Shown here: positions 1 through 10,743 of the stretch, piece after piece | Layout of the letters: each line of letters begins with the position of its first letter | How positions within the stretch are numbered: the stretch's first letter is position 1 | Source: an uncultured Candidatus Peribacteria bacterium | GTDB taxonomy: Bacteria; Patescibacteriota; Gracilibacteria; BD1-5; UBA2023 | Length of the DNA stretch: 64,000 nucleotides | NCBI GenBank assembly: GCA_964482035.1 | Contig: CAYZVC010000001.1 | Location: forward strand, 337,874-401,873 | Direction of reading: 5' to 3' | Position numbers and translations under genes: made by a program | The notes under the pieces: model-generated | Databases searched by the model: none | The model's input: the letters and a program-made list of their open reading frames with translations, nothing else | What the model was told of the DNA's origin: nothing

Positions 1-123
1 ACGATTATCGTTGAGGATTCTCCTCATGGCATTCAGGCCGCAGAGGCTTCCAACGCAAACGTAATTAAGGTTAAGGACGCGACCGAAGTCCATTGGTGAA
101 TCTTCGATACGTTCGATTTCTAA
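1..123 (+). CDS. HAD-superfamily hydrolase, C-terminal end (truncated by window start)
   Basis: Frame 1 reads TIIVEDSPHGIQAAEASNANVIKVKDATEVHW-[TGA 97-99]-IFDTFDF, then TAA 121-123. The EDSxxGIxAAxxA..VI.V stretch resembles HAD motif IV. Confidence 0.45.
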
Positions 124-136
124 CTCTGATACGAAC

Positions 137-880
137 ATGCTCAACATCGTAATACCTATGGCGGGGGCCGGAAGTCGATTCGCCCAAGCGGGATACACGT
201 TTCCGAAACCGCTCATCGAAGTGAAGAATAAGCCCATGATACAGGTCGTCGTCGACAATCTTCGTCCTGCGGATTTTCTTGGCGATTATAAATTCACGTT
301 CATCGTCCAGAAGGGGCACTATGACAAATACGCCCTCAAGCACCTTCTTGGACTCATAGCCCCAAACTGCAATATTGTCATCACGGATTGACTGACGAAA
401 GGCGCGGCTTGTACCGTTTTGCTCGCGAGCGAACACATAGATAATGATGACGATCTCCTCCTCGCGAATTCGGATCAGTTTTTGGAAGGTGGGATTTCTG
501 ATTTTTTGGAATCTTGTAAAAATCAGAAACATGACGCATCGATCATGACTTTTAAGGCTACCCACCCCAAATGGTCTTTCGCAAGATTATGATCCGATTG
601 ATTCGTAGAAGAAGTCGCGGAAAAAAAGCCAATTAGCGATAATGCGACAGTTGGCCTCTACTACTTTAAAAAGGGCTCGGATTTCGTAAGGGGCGCCCAG
701 AACATGATACGAAAGAACATCGTAGTTAACGATGAATTTTACGTATGTCCCGTATACAATGAATTGATATTAGATGACAAGAGGGTTTCCATCTTCGATA
801 TCTGAAACAGGATGCACGGAATCGGTACTCCCGAAGATTTGAACCGCTTTCTAGACAGCAAAGCATCTGAGACGATCTAA
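137..880 (+). CDS. sugar-phosphate nucleotidyltransferase
   Basis: ATG 137. N-terminus MLNIVIPMAGAGSRF (G-rich NTP loop), later HGIGTPEDL. Checked codon by codon: four in-frame TGA (389, 590, 599, 803), TAA at 878. Confidence 0.8.
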
Positions 881-903
881 TATTTGGCAATTGAGAACGG
901 GTT

Positions 904-1224
904 ATGGAAAGACATAGGCTTTCGGATTATAAAAAAGGTTGGTTCGTCTGAGATTTCGATCCCGTCATCATTAAAACGGGTGATTTCGAGGTCTCTATAA
1001 AGCATTATGACTCAGGTGCCGTAGAAATGCCCCATTACCATGCCATAGCCACCGAAATAACGGCAATTACGTCCTGACGTTTCGTTATGAACGGTGAAAA
1101 CCTCGGTAAAGACGACATCATCGTCCTGAGTCCTGGGGAAGTCGCGAACTTTCAATGCCTTGAGAGCGGCACTACCGTGGTCGTAAAGACGCCATCGATT
1201 CCCGAAGACAAATACTTAGTCTAA
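904..1224 (+). CDS. small cupin-fold protein
   Basis: ATG 904 to TAA 1222, 106 codons, 2 in-frame TGA. Contains KKGWFV-[TGA]-DFDP and ...HYHAIATEITAITS-[TGA]-RFVMNGE..., typical of small cupins found in polysaccharide clusters. Confidence 0.55.
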
Positions 1225-1229
1225 TTGCC

Positions 1230-2081
1230 ATGAGGATTCTGACACACCGCTGATTGGAGCCTGGGAATCCTGATTTTCATTTTTCAGAGAGCAGTTTCGA
1301 GGCTTTTGAAAACCAGCTTTCGAGATGATTTTGATTGGAGTTCGACGTTAATTTCTCGAAAGACAATATTCCGTTCGCTTTTCACGATTCTTCCTTCAAA
1401 AGAATTTCGAATTGAACCAACGATGGCTCCTTCTCGGAATTGAACTTCTCTGAGATTTTGAGTGTCTGATTGCCATGAGACTGTCATTTTGCAAAAATCG
1501 AAGACGTCTTCGCGCTCATACTGAAATTCTCGAATAAAGATGAATTTTCAGCTTTGCACGTTAAGGCGAAGTTCCAATCGCCGATATTCCTCGATAAGAT
1601 TTTAGAAATCTTCGATTCGTATGAAGGGGGCGTAGACAGAGTTATCCTTTTCGATTTGCTTCCGGAAGCCGCACAATATCTGAAGCAGAACAATCCGAAT
1701 ATACGCACCTTCGCTTCTGTTGCCCATCCATTCGACGTAAAGCGTTTTTCGCATTGCGTGGGTTGAACCCTCTTGCCCTTCGACGATTTTTTAAATATGC
1801 GATCGGTATATGATTGAGCCTGGTTGGATGAGTGGGACAGGTTGGATGAGAACTGACTCACGAAAGCCCTCTATGTTCGCGATTCGTTCCTGTCATTGCG
1901 TAGTCGGTGATTTCAGATAGCCGTAGTCTCTCCTGAATTACATGCTTCGTCCCCATGATTATACGGTGGGGAATCGCATCAGGATTGCGTAGATCACCTT
2001 TCTCTTGAAAAGAGAATTCTTGAAATTTCTATGCTTTCGCCTGACTTCTTTTGTACAGACTATCCTTCCTTTTTGGCTTAA
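1230..2081 (+). CDS. glycerophosphodiester phosphodiesterase (GDPD) family protein
   Basis: MRILTHR-[TGA]-LEPGNPDFHFSESSFEAFENQL..FGLEFDVNFSKDNIPFAFHD matches the GDPD HRG...EN(S/T)..AF...E.D hallmark. Checked codon by codon: 11 in-frame TGA, TAA at 2079. Confidence 0.75.
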
Positions 2082-2085
2082 CGAT

Positions 2086-3453
2086 ATGAAAAATATTCTT
2101 GATGTTTCTAGCAAACAGGCAATCTTTGGTGAGGGTGTGAAATTTTTTTCTCAGGAAATTAATCAACTGTATCGTCCTTGCTGACAGTGAGTCTGTATTC
2201 CTGATTCTTATGATATCGTATATTCGAATAACAATCTTACAGGGCATAAGTTTTATCAAATATTGCTCAAAGAATGGTTCTACCTTCCGAAAAAGAATGG
2301 TTTCCTTGTAATTGATTACCATCCTTCTGAACTCATATCTCCTATTATGGTTGAGGATGAGTTTTGGCTTCAGTGGGGATGATCATACGAAATTCTAAAG
2401 CATTGTATCATTTCGGACGAGGATGCTTTTTCCGATTCCGCTAAAATCGAGAATCAACTTATCCTCGATGTAAAGACATATGAATCGAATCAGGATTTAT
2501 GATTCGATGATTTTGATAATCCTACTCTGAGGAGTAAGAAATGGCGAATAGTAATAAGGAAAACCGTAGAGTGCATGAAGGAAAATGACTCCATGGATAA
2601 GTGGACCTTCTGAATTATTACAAACGGTACTCGAGGTCAGTGGATGAGTGATTTGATATCCTCTATCAGGGCTTTAAATGTTCCAAATTATGAGATACTT
2701 GTTTGTTGAAATTATCAAGCAAACCCTAGAGATGGTGATTTGACTTACATCCCATTCAACAAAAGGTCGAATAAATGATGGATAACTAAAAAAAAGAATC
2801 TTATTTTAAATTCATCAAAATATGAAAATATCGTCATAGTTCACGATCGATATGTATTTGATTCTCAATGGTATTTATGAATGATAAAGTGGGGGCCGAA
2901 TTTCGAACTATTGACCACTGAGCAATATTTTCAGAATACTGACATAAGATTTTTAGATCGTGTAGAAATACTGAATTCAACGAAAACTGACCCTCTTTCT
3001 CTTAGGAGTTGAAACCTCTGCTTTTTGATTGCGGAAATGGACAATAAAGATTTTTACCATTCAACCTGTCTTGGGGGCGGAGTTTTAATTCTGAAGAAAT
3101 GAATCTGAATCAAACTTTGCGAAACGCTTTTTTGGAATAATTATGAGGATAACGAGTACTCGGCTTCCTCAACTCAACGGGGGGCTTATCCCAGGATAAA
3201 CCCATATTCTAAATTATATACCCGCCAATACGAGAAGGTCTTAGAAATCTCGAAACAACAAGCAGATTACATACTTGAATATAATCCGGTTAATTTTTGT
3301 TATAACTATAAGGCATTAACAACCCGGGCTTTTAAAAAAAGGATATTCTCATATTTTCTACTCATATGAAAGAATTACTTTTGACGAGTGATTCTTTCTC
3401 GATTACGCAATTTTTATCATAAATCTGGTTTTGCGAAAAAATGGAGCATTTAA
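2086..3453 (+). CDS. two-domain protein with GT-A-like glycosyltransferase core (putative)
   Basis: Continuous frame from ATG 2086 to TAA 3451 (455 codons, about 13 TGA). Core reads KWTF-G-IITNGTRGQW...YEILVC-G-NY...IVIVHDRYVF. GC is lower than the flanks by eye. Overlaps the next gene by 13 nt. Confidence 0.5.
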
Positions 3454-4571
3454 AGGGGGCGAAAATTGCAATAATCTGCGATCCTATAGATCTTGATCAA
3501 AAAACGGGAATTCCCGTATATTGTGAGAGAATGGTTCGGGAATTTATGAAAGATAAGAATAACAGTTACGTTTTCTTTCATATGAAAGAAAACTCCATTT
3601 TCAATGGTTTCGAGAATGTTATTTTCCCGGCCTGAAACAGTTTCTGATTATGGAATGCCTTATTGAGCGTCTGGAGGAAATTCTTTCTCATTCCGCGAGA
3701 ATGTCGTCGTCGTGGAATCGATGTCGTGCATGATTTGAACATGATAGGAATCCATACTTTTGATTTCTTTCGAAAATACAAAGCAGTGGTTACGATTTTC
3801 GATTTAACGCCGCTTATATTTCGTCAATATCACTGATGGTTGAATGTTTTGTGATTCAATCTTTTCGTCAAGCGTTCGGCGAAAAAAGCGGATAGAGTAA
3901 TTGCCATTTCCGAAGCAACCAAGAATGACCTGATTCGTTTCTTTGGAATACATCCAGATAAAATTTCCGTCACACTTTTGTGAACGGATATACTAGAGAG
4001 GGGAGTGGCTGATACCCCGAACTTTTCTGCCCCGTTTATTTTGAGCGTCTGAACCCTGGAACCTAGAAAAAATCTGAGAAATTTGGTCAAGGCGTTTGTA
4101 AAGGCAAAAGAGCTTTGAATTTGAAAAGACGTCAAGCTTGTTCTGACTGGGAAGTTTTGATGGAAGCTGGAATCCTTTTTGAATGAATTGTCCCTCCACT
4201 CCTCTTTACGTAATGAAATCATCATCACTGGTTTCTTGACAGATGAGCAGCTTGTCCATCTGTATAAAACTTGCACCGTCTTTGTATACCCGTCGTTTTA
4301 CGAAGGTTTCTGACTTCCAGTACTTGAGGCCATGACAGTTGGTGCGCCGGTCATCACCTCAAATGTTTCAAGCATACCGGAAGTTGCATGAAATGCATGT
4401 CTGCTTTGTGATCCAAATGACGTGAATTCCATCGCTAATTCAATTAGCTCAGTCTTGCATGATCCGCAAATCAGAAAAAGATTATCTTGCCTTGGCATTG
4501 AACAATCTAAAAAGTTCTCATGGCAGCGGTGCGCTAGTGAAACACTGGTCGTGTATGAATGATTACAATAA
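3441..4571 (+). CDS. GT4-family glycosyltransferase
   Basis: Fragments joined across about 12 TGA. Contains FVYPSFYEGF-[TGA 4311]-LPVLEAMTVGAPVITSNVSSIPEVA, the EGFG/EAM GT4 signature. Ends VVYE-[TGA]-LQ then TAA 4569. Confidence 0.85.
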
Positions 4572-4582
4572 GGATTATGAAT

Positions 4583-4613
4583 AAAAAAATCCCCCAATTT
4601 GGGGGATTTTTTT
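4583..4613. terminator. bidirectional rho-independent terminator
   Basis: aaaaaaatccccc-aattt-gggggattttttt between convergent genes (GT4 on +, manC on -). Confidence 0.7.
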
Positions 4614-4624
4614 ATTCGGGCAAT

Positions 4625-6004
4625 TTATTTCCTCTTGTAATCGTCTTCGAACCTCACGATGTCGTCTTCTTCGAGGTAGTCGCCGATTTGGCTCTCGATG
4701 AGGTGTGCGGTTACGCGGCCCGGGTTTTCCAATCGGTGCATGGTGCCGGCCGGAATGAACGTACTTTCGCCCTTATTGAGGATGCGTTCTTCGGTACCGA
4801 CGGTCACCTTCGCGGTACCGGATACCACTACCCAATGTTCGCTACGGTGGTAGTGCATCTGGGCGGAGAGGCGTTTGCCGGGGAGAACGGTGAGGCGCTT
4901 CGACTTGAAGCCGACGCCTTCGTCGATAATCGAATAGCTGCCCCACGGACGGTAGACCGTAAGATGGGTTTCGGTAACGGAAGGGAGGCGTTCCTTCAGG
5001 ATTTTTACGGCTTCCTGAACCTTCTGGGACGAACCTTTCTTAGAGATGAGAAGGGCGTCTTTGGTGTCTACGGCGATAAGGTTTTCGCAATCGATGAAGA
5101 CTACCGGCTTTTTGGGAACGTCGGAATACGCGTAGTTGTTCTTCGCCGAAATCTCGATCATGTCGGTCGACGGGATTTCGCGGGCGTATTTTTCGAGCGC
5201 GTCGAAGCTTCAGAGGTCGGTCCAACCGATATCGGCTGAAAGAACGCTGACGTTCTTGGTCTTTTCGAGAAGCCCGTAGTCGATGGAGAGGTCGGGGAGG
5301 TTGTCGAAAATCTCTTCGACGGTATCGTATTTCGCGAAGGTGGCGAAATAGGCCGAATCGGCTTTTTCGAGTTCGTTATCGAACACTTCCTTCGAGAAGA
5401 GGAAGATACCGGCGTTCCAAAGGTAGCCTTCTTTGACGTACTTCTCGGCGGTTTCGAGATCGGGTTTTTCTTTGAATTCCGAAACGGCTACCGCAGCGGT
5501 TTCACACGGGCCGGTTGGGTGGATGTATCCGTATCCGGTGTTTGGGTGATCGGGGAGGATGCCAAACGTCACGAGCGATTTCTTAGCCGTGGGTACCGCA
5601 TTGAAAACCGCTTCTTTGAAGGCGCGCGCGTTTTCGATGGCATGGTCGGAAGGAAGCACCAGCGCAAGGTCGTGGTCGTCATCAAGCGAGCGGATGGCGA
5701 GCATGATTGCCGCGAGGGTGTTTTTTGCCTTGGGTTCGACGATGAGGTTCTTTTCGGTAACCGGTATCCCGATTTCTTCACCCTGCGTGATGCAGTGGAA
5801 TTTGTAGTTTTCGTTCGTAACGATGCGGAAATCCGTCTTAGAACCGGAAATTTCGATAGCCCGTTTGAGGGTATTTTGAAAGAGGGAAGTGCCACCGAAT
5901 TCTGCAATCTTGATGAACTGTTTGGGGTAGAGCTTGCGCGAAAGCGGCCAAAGACGCGTACCAGAGCCTCAGGCGAGGATTATGGGGAATACGGAGTCGT
6001 GCAT
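4625..6004 (-). CDS. manC: mannose-1-phosphate guanylyltransferase / mannose-6-phosphate isomerase
   Basis: MHDSVFPIILA-[TGA 5969-5971]-GSGTRLWPLSRK at the N-terminus. GWTDL-[TGA]-SFDAL in the middle. C-terminal cupin HYHRSEHWVVVSGTA. 1380 nt, in frame with track ORFs 4625 and 5210. Confidence 0.9.
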
Positions 6005-6074
6005 TTTGTTGAATTTGAAAATACCGGTGAATTCTATCGAAAAAGAGGGGAATACCAACCCCTCTTTCCGCTTC

Positions 6075-6428
6075 TTAAACAAATGGAACGATTCTGTATT
6101 TCCCGCTTTCTAAATCTGCAAATATTCCGTCCAGTTTCCCGTTGAATTCATCGACGGAATATTTTGAAACGTTCCATCACTGTTTTGTTTCCTTTTTTGC
6201 GATATGGAACGGTAGATAGCTCCCGTTGCGTTCCTGAAACAAGACTACGAATCGGATTCTTCCTGAAAACAGGTACCCTTTAAGGATTTTCCTGCCTCGG
6301 ATTTCTCAGATGTTCTTAAGATTGTCGAGGCCTTTTGAGTGTTTAGTAATCTCGATTCGCATATCGTCAATAGATACCGATTTGATTTTAACCACAGATT
6401 TCTCGAACGTCTCAGTTATTAGAATCAT
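6075..6428 (-). CDS. RelE/HigB-superfamily-like toxin candidate
   Basis: 117 codons. LKGYLFSGRIRFVVLFQERNGSYLPFHIAKKETKQ resembles the Gp49/HigB-type core. Its ATG overlaps the end of the upstream antitoxin-like gene. Confidence 0.45.
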
Positions 6429-6661
6429 AAGTCATCCAATTTACTGGATATCTTCTCCAGACGAGAAGTAACGGATGGATCTTTGAGCAGCTCGTCGAAA
6501 ATGCGTTCGTCAAGATCGAATCTTATGACCGAGGGTTCCGAAGATACCTTTTCCATGAAATAGCGTATGAGGACGGCTCATTCGAGTCACCGTTCTTTTG
6601 TCTTGGAAAGAAACTCTTGTTTGAGCTTCTTGTCCACCCGTATGGAAAGCGTAGTATCCAT
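6419..6661 (-). CDS. ribbon-helix-helix/DinJ-like antitoxin candidate
   Basis: 80 codons. MDTTLSIRVDKKLKQEFLSKTKERG... is a typical RHH antitoxin N-terminus. Ends DDL-[TGA]-F then TAA. Confidence 0.5.
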
Positions 6662-6667
6662 ATATGT

Positions 6668-6684
6668 GTATTACATTGTAATAC
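6668..6684. promoter_or_regulatory. perfect 8-bp inverted repeat (candidate operator)
   Basis: gtattaca-t-tgtaatac lies 7 nt upstream of the antitoxin ATG (6661). Confidence 0.4.
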
Positions 6685-6689
6685 ATAAG

Positions 6690-6716
6690 AGTATACAGAT
6701 GTGCGAGAGGAGTCAA
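6690..6716 (-). promoter_or_regulatory. candidate sigma70-type promoter of the TA pair
   Basis: On the minus strand: TTGACT, 15-nt spacer, TATACT, located just upstream of the palindrome. Confidence 0.3.
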
Positions 6717-6718
6717 AG

Positions 6719-6748
6719 AAAAAAAGGGGGAGGATGCCCCCCTTTTTT
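6719..6748. terminator. rho-independent terminator after ahcY
   Basis: aaaaaggggg-aggatgc-ccccctttttt hairpin flanked by an A-run and a T-run. Confidence 0.6.
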
Positions 6749-6768
6749 CGCTTCTTTAACGAAATTTC

Positions 6769-8157
6769 CTAATAACGGTAGTGCTCCGGTTTGAACGGAC
6801 CTTTTTTTTCAACGCCGATGTATTTCGCCTGTTCGTCGGAGAGTTCTGTGAGGTTCACTCCGATACGTTTGAGATGAAGTCGTGCAACCTTTTCATCTAA
6901 GTGCTTCGGTAGGCGGTAAACACCTACTGGATATTCGCCCTTGTTTTGGAAAAGTTCGATTTGTGCGAGAGTTTGGTTCGTGAACGAATTCGACATGACG
7001 AAGGACGGATGTCCGGTCGCGCATCCGAGGTTTACCAAACGGCCTTCCGCGAGCATGATGATTTTGTTTCCGCTCGGTAGTTCGATGTGGTCCACTTGTG
7101 GCTTGATGTTGTCCCAAACGTATTTGCGCATGCTCGCGACGTCGATTTCGGAATCGAAGTGCCCGATATTGCAAACGATAGCTTCGTGACGCATCTTGAC
7201 CATGTGGTCGTGCGTGATAATGTCCTTGTTTCCGGTTGCGGTAACGAAAATATCGGCCTTATCGCAGACGTCTTCCATCTTGACGATGCGGTATCCTTCC
7301 ATTGCAGCTTGTAGTGCGCAAATGGGGTCGATTTCCGTAATCCAAACCGTCGACCCGAATGCGCGGAGCGCTTGGGCGCAACCTTTCCCGACGTCCCCGT
7401 ATCCGCAAACGACGGAGATTTTTCCTGCGATCATGACGTCAGTAGCACGTTTGATGCCGTCGATAATGGATTCGCGGCAGCCGTAGAGGTTGTCGAATTT
7501 CGATTTCGTTACGCTGTCGTTCACATTAATGGCTGGGAAGGGGAGACGGCCATTTTCGAACATCTGGTAGAGTCGGTGGACTCCAGTGGTAGTTTCTTCC
7601 GTAACGCCGCGAATGTTCTTCTTAATGGCGCTATACCAGGTAGGGTTCTTTGCTAATTGCTTGCGAATGCTCGCGAACAACCATTTCTCTTCTTCACAGG
7701 TAGGGTTGTCGAGAATGGACGAATCCTTTTCCGCCTCGCTTCCGAGGATGACCAAAAGGGTGGCGTCGCCGCCGTCGTCGAGAATCATGTTGGGGGTTCC
7801 ACCGTCGTGCCAGTCGAGAATTCTATGCGTGTAATCCCAGTATTCTTCGAGCGTTTCGCCCTTGCTTGCGAAAACGGGGATTCCGGCGGCTGCGATAGCC
7901 GCTGCGGCATGGTCTTGCGTCGAAAAGATATTGCAGCTCGCCCAGCGGATGTCGGCTCAGAGATCTCGGAGGGTTTCGATAAGGACCGCGGTTTGTATGG
8001 TCATGTGGAGCGATCCCGCAATACGCGCGCCCTGTAACGGTTTACTGTCCCCATATTCTTCGCGCAAGGCCATGAGCCCCGGCATTTCCGTTTCCGCGAT
8101 TTCGATTTCCTTGCGCCCGAATTCAGCCAAACCGATATCGGCAATTTTGTAGTCCAT
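6769..8157 (-). CDS. ahcY: adenosylhomocysteinase
   Basis: [36 protein letters not shown]...TLRDL-[TGA 7957-7959][30 protein letters not shown]...; track ORFs 6769 and 7957 are in frame. Confidence 0.95.
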
Positions 8158-8203
8158 TTTTTAGAGATTGGATGTATGTATAGGATTTTACGTAAATACG
8201 ACG

Positions 8204-9142
8204 TTAAGAAAAGAAGCTTTCTCAAAATTCGCGCATTCCGATTTCATTTATTACATTCGTGTCGAAGGTATGGTTCTGTCATCAGAAATGCCGGATTTTA
8301 ATCCCGCCGAGAATACTTCAAAGCCGGCAAGATTTTTCGATGTTCCAGCCTTCCGACAGTCAGAACAATAGTCATCATCTGTAGGCGTCTCAGCATCCCG
8401 TCGCGTCTACGATCGACTCTGAGAACGTAGCGGGGACGTGCGTAGTTTCGCCGTTTTCGAATATCTTGGATCAGTTTTCACCGAGGGTGACGATTCCGAT
8501 TTTTCCGAAGGCATTTGTTTTTGAGTCGAGGGCCTCGCCCGTTATCTGGAGGAATCAATTCGCCTCATATTCGTTCATGATGGTTATATCCGCGGATACG
8601 ACCATGTCCGTCAGTTCGCTCGCGTCGAACAGCCCCATGGCCTGACCAGGATCGAAAATAGTGAAGGCTCAGTCCGAGAGACATTCCTTAACCCTTCTCA
8701 TCATCCCATTTTTCGAATCGGGCGAAACGATAGCATGGGAATATCTTTGCTTTGCGGTCGGTATCTCTCAGGAAAACGACATCGCTCCTGGGTGGAACGC
8801 GGTAATCTGTCTACCGATCTCGTCCCCGATTATGAAGCCATGTGCACTGAACGAATCGGGAAAAGTCTTTATGAGCTTCGTCCCGATTCAAAGCGATTCA
8901 AGCCTTTTTACGTAGGGATCCGCGTCTTGTCATACCGATGCGACGATATCCGGATTCTTGCCGAGCAGGGCGAGGTTGTATGCGATATTCCCTGCCGTTC
9001 AACCGTATTCGCGACGTATTTTGGGAGCGAAGAGGGAAAGATTGAAGCTGTCGAGAGCGTCTGGAAGTATCTGGCTCTTGAAAGTTCAGGTGGTGCCTAC
9101 GATCGTATCGAAGGCTACGGAGCCGGAGATGAGTATGGACAT
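8204..9142 (-). CDS. PfkB-family carbohydrate/adenosine kinase
   Basis: 312 codons joined across 16 TGA. REYG-G-TAGNIAYNLALLG and DATGC-[TGA]-DAYR-[TGA][TGA]-LLFG (DTxGAGD signature). Lies 46 nt upstream of ahcY on the same strand. Confidence 0.8.
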
Positions 9143-9475
9143 GACGTTCGAGCGGTTTGTTCGGTATTGCGGTCATATTTCAAACGGCAAGAACTCTAAC
9201 GTATTTGCCCGCTTTTGGAAGCCTTTTTTTCTTCGAATTTTCCTTGCCCTTAACCTTAGTGCGAGTTAGTCTCTCAAAAAGAAACGAGCCTTTATTTTCC
9301 GTGTTGTATGTATACAATGAGTGTGTATTATTTGTATCATTTCCTTGATATGCGCTCTGAGCAATGCATTTCGGTAACCGAACTCCGCCGCAAGACGGGG
9401 GCTTTCGTCGGAAAAGGCTCTTTGCCGGAAAGGTTCGTTTTTGTCTGAAGCAAACCTACGAACGTGATTTTGAGC

Positions 9476-9631
9476 ATGGAGAGGTACGAGACCCTTCAAA
9501 AAATCGAGGAATCGTTCTACGAACAGCAACTGGACGTTCGTTTCGTTCCTCTTGATTCGATGTCGCTTTCTGAGACTCGCGAGTATACCGAAGCTTCCAA
9601 ACGTGATGATTCCGATTTCGTAGAATTGTAA
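9476..9631 (+). CDS. small acidic protein, antitoxin candidate
   Basis: 51 codons, MERYETLQKIEESFYEQQLDVRFVPLDSMSLSETREY.... TAA lies 1 nt before the ATG of the toxin-like gene. Confidence 0.3.
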   Translation: MERYETLQKIEESFYEQQLDVRFVPLDSMSLSETREYTEASKRDDSDFVEL

Positions 9632-9632
9632 A

Positions 9633-9887
9633 ATGCCGATTCGAATCGAACGCGTTCTCATCGACCAAAAGCTCGTTTCCTACCTGTCGGAAAGGCGGCT
9701 TCTTTCTCAATATAAAAAAGCGAAGGATTTCCTTTTGGCAGGCAATTTCACAAACGCCTCGCTTAAAATCCGGGAGCCAAAGGATAAGGGAATTTGGTAC
9801 TTTCGCATCAATAAACAATATCGTGCACACGCAACCATCAAAGACTGAGTGTTGCGCATCCACGATATTGACGACCATTCTGTGTAG
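9633..9887 (+). CDS. RelE/ParE-superfamily-like small protein
   Basis: ...GIWYFRINKQYRAHATIKD-[TGA]-VLRIHDIDDHSV then TAG 9885. Resembles the RelE/ParE C-terminal pattern (fRi..yR.....d..l.i..i..H). Confidence 0.45.
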
Positions 9888-9926
9888 CGGGCACTGTTCT
9901 AGTCGGACATCCTGAATGGGGGTATA

Positions 9927-10742
9927 TTAATCTTGCGAAACCCTGATGACCACGGGATATCAATCGTCCGATATCCCTATTTCAGCAGTCCTGTTTTTAT
10001 AACGTAGACTGTCTCCTACGGTGAGACGGGGAAGGAATCCCGATCCCGTCTTCATGCCGTTTACGTACACCTCCCCTGATTCCACAATCTTTTTCAACTT
10101 CCTCATGTTCGCATTCTTGTCTATGGCCGCCAATACTGAAAAATACGATAATCAAGGGTAGAGCCTGCCTTCGATGTCCATCGTTATTACGGCCTGTTTT
10201 TCCAGTATTTCACGAGCCATGTGAGCTCAAGTCGTTTGTTGAAGCGGTGCGTAATTGAGAAACGAATACGAATCCGACCTCCGTCATATGAGAACGATTT
10301 CCTTCGCAGGGACATCTTCTTTCGCAGCTTTGACGAGTATGGAATTCAGTTTTACTCGGTAACTACTGACGTAGTCCGTCCAGGCGTTCCCGCTCGGTCC
10401 GGGCATTTCGATCTTGAGAATCTTTCCTTCAGGTATCCGAAATCGTTCGATAAGATCGCGTGCCGTATCGATTTCACGAGCAGTGCCAGTTGGCTCATAA
10501 CAAAAGAGGAATTCGTTGTTCGCGTCGAGACAGCGCGAGATTTTCTGCCGAACGTCTTCAGTAAGTTCCTCGAACGTTTGGAATTTCAATTCGTTTCGTT
10601 CAAGCTCGTCCATTCTCGTTTGTTCGGTTTCGCTGACTCAATAGACGAGTTTTTTCGTTACGAGACTTTCAAATTCCGCATGCGCTGCGTTTTTGACGTG
10701 CGGATAATGTCGAATGAGCGATATTTTGTCCGCGTAGGTCAT
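9927..10742 (-). CDS. hypothetical protein with C-terminal S4-like RNA-binding module
   Basis: ATG 10742 to TAA 9927 (271 aa, 5 TGA), in frame with track ORF 10284. The tail KKIVESGEVYVNGMKTGSGFLPRLTVGDSLRY looks S4-like. Confidence 0.5.
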
Positions 10743-10743
10743 G

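Noticed and set aside
9143-9475. SAH riboswitch upstream of the kinase-ahcY operon, and a glmS ribozyme upstream of glmS (14542-14554).
   Set aside because: No conserved riboswitch core sequences are visible in the 333-bp leader. glmS starts only 13 nt after the preceding gene, leaving no room for a ribozyme.
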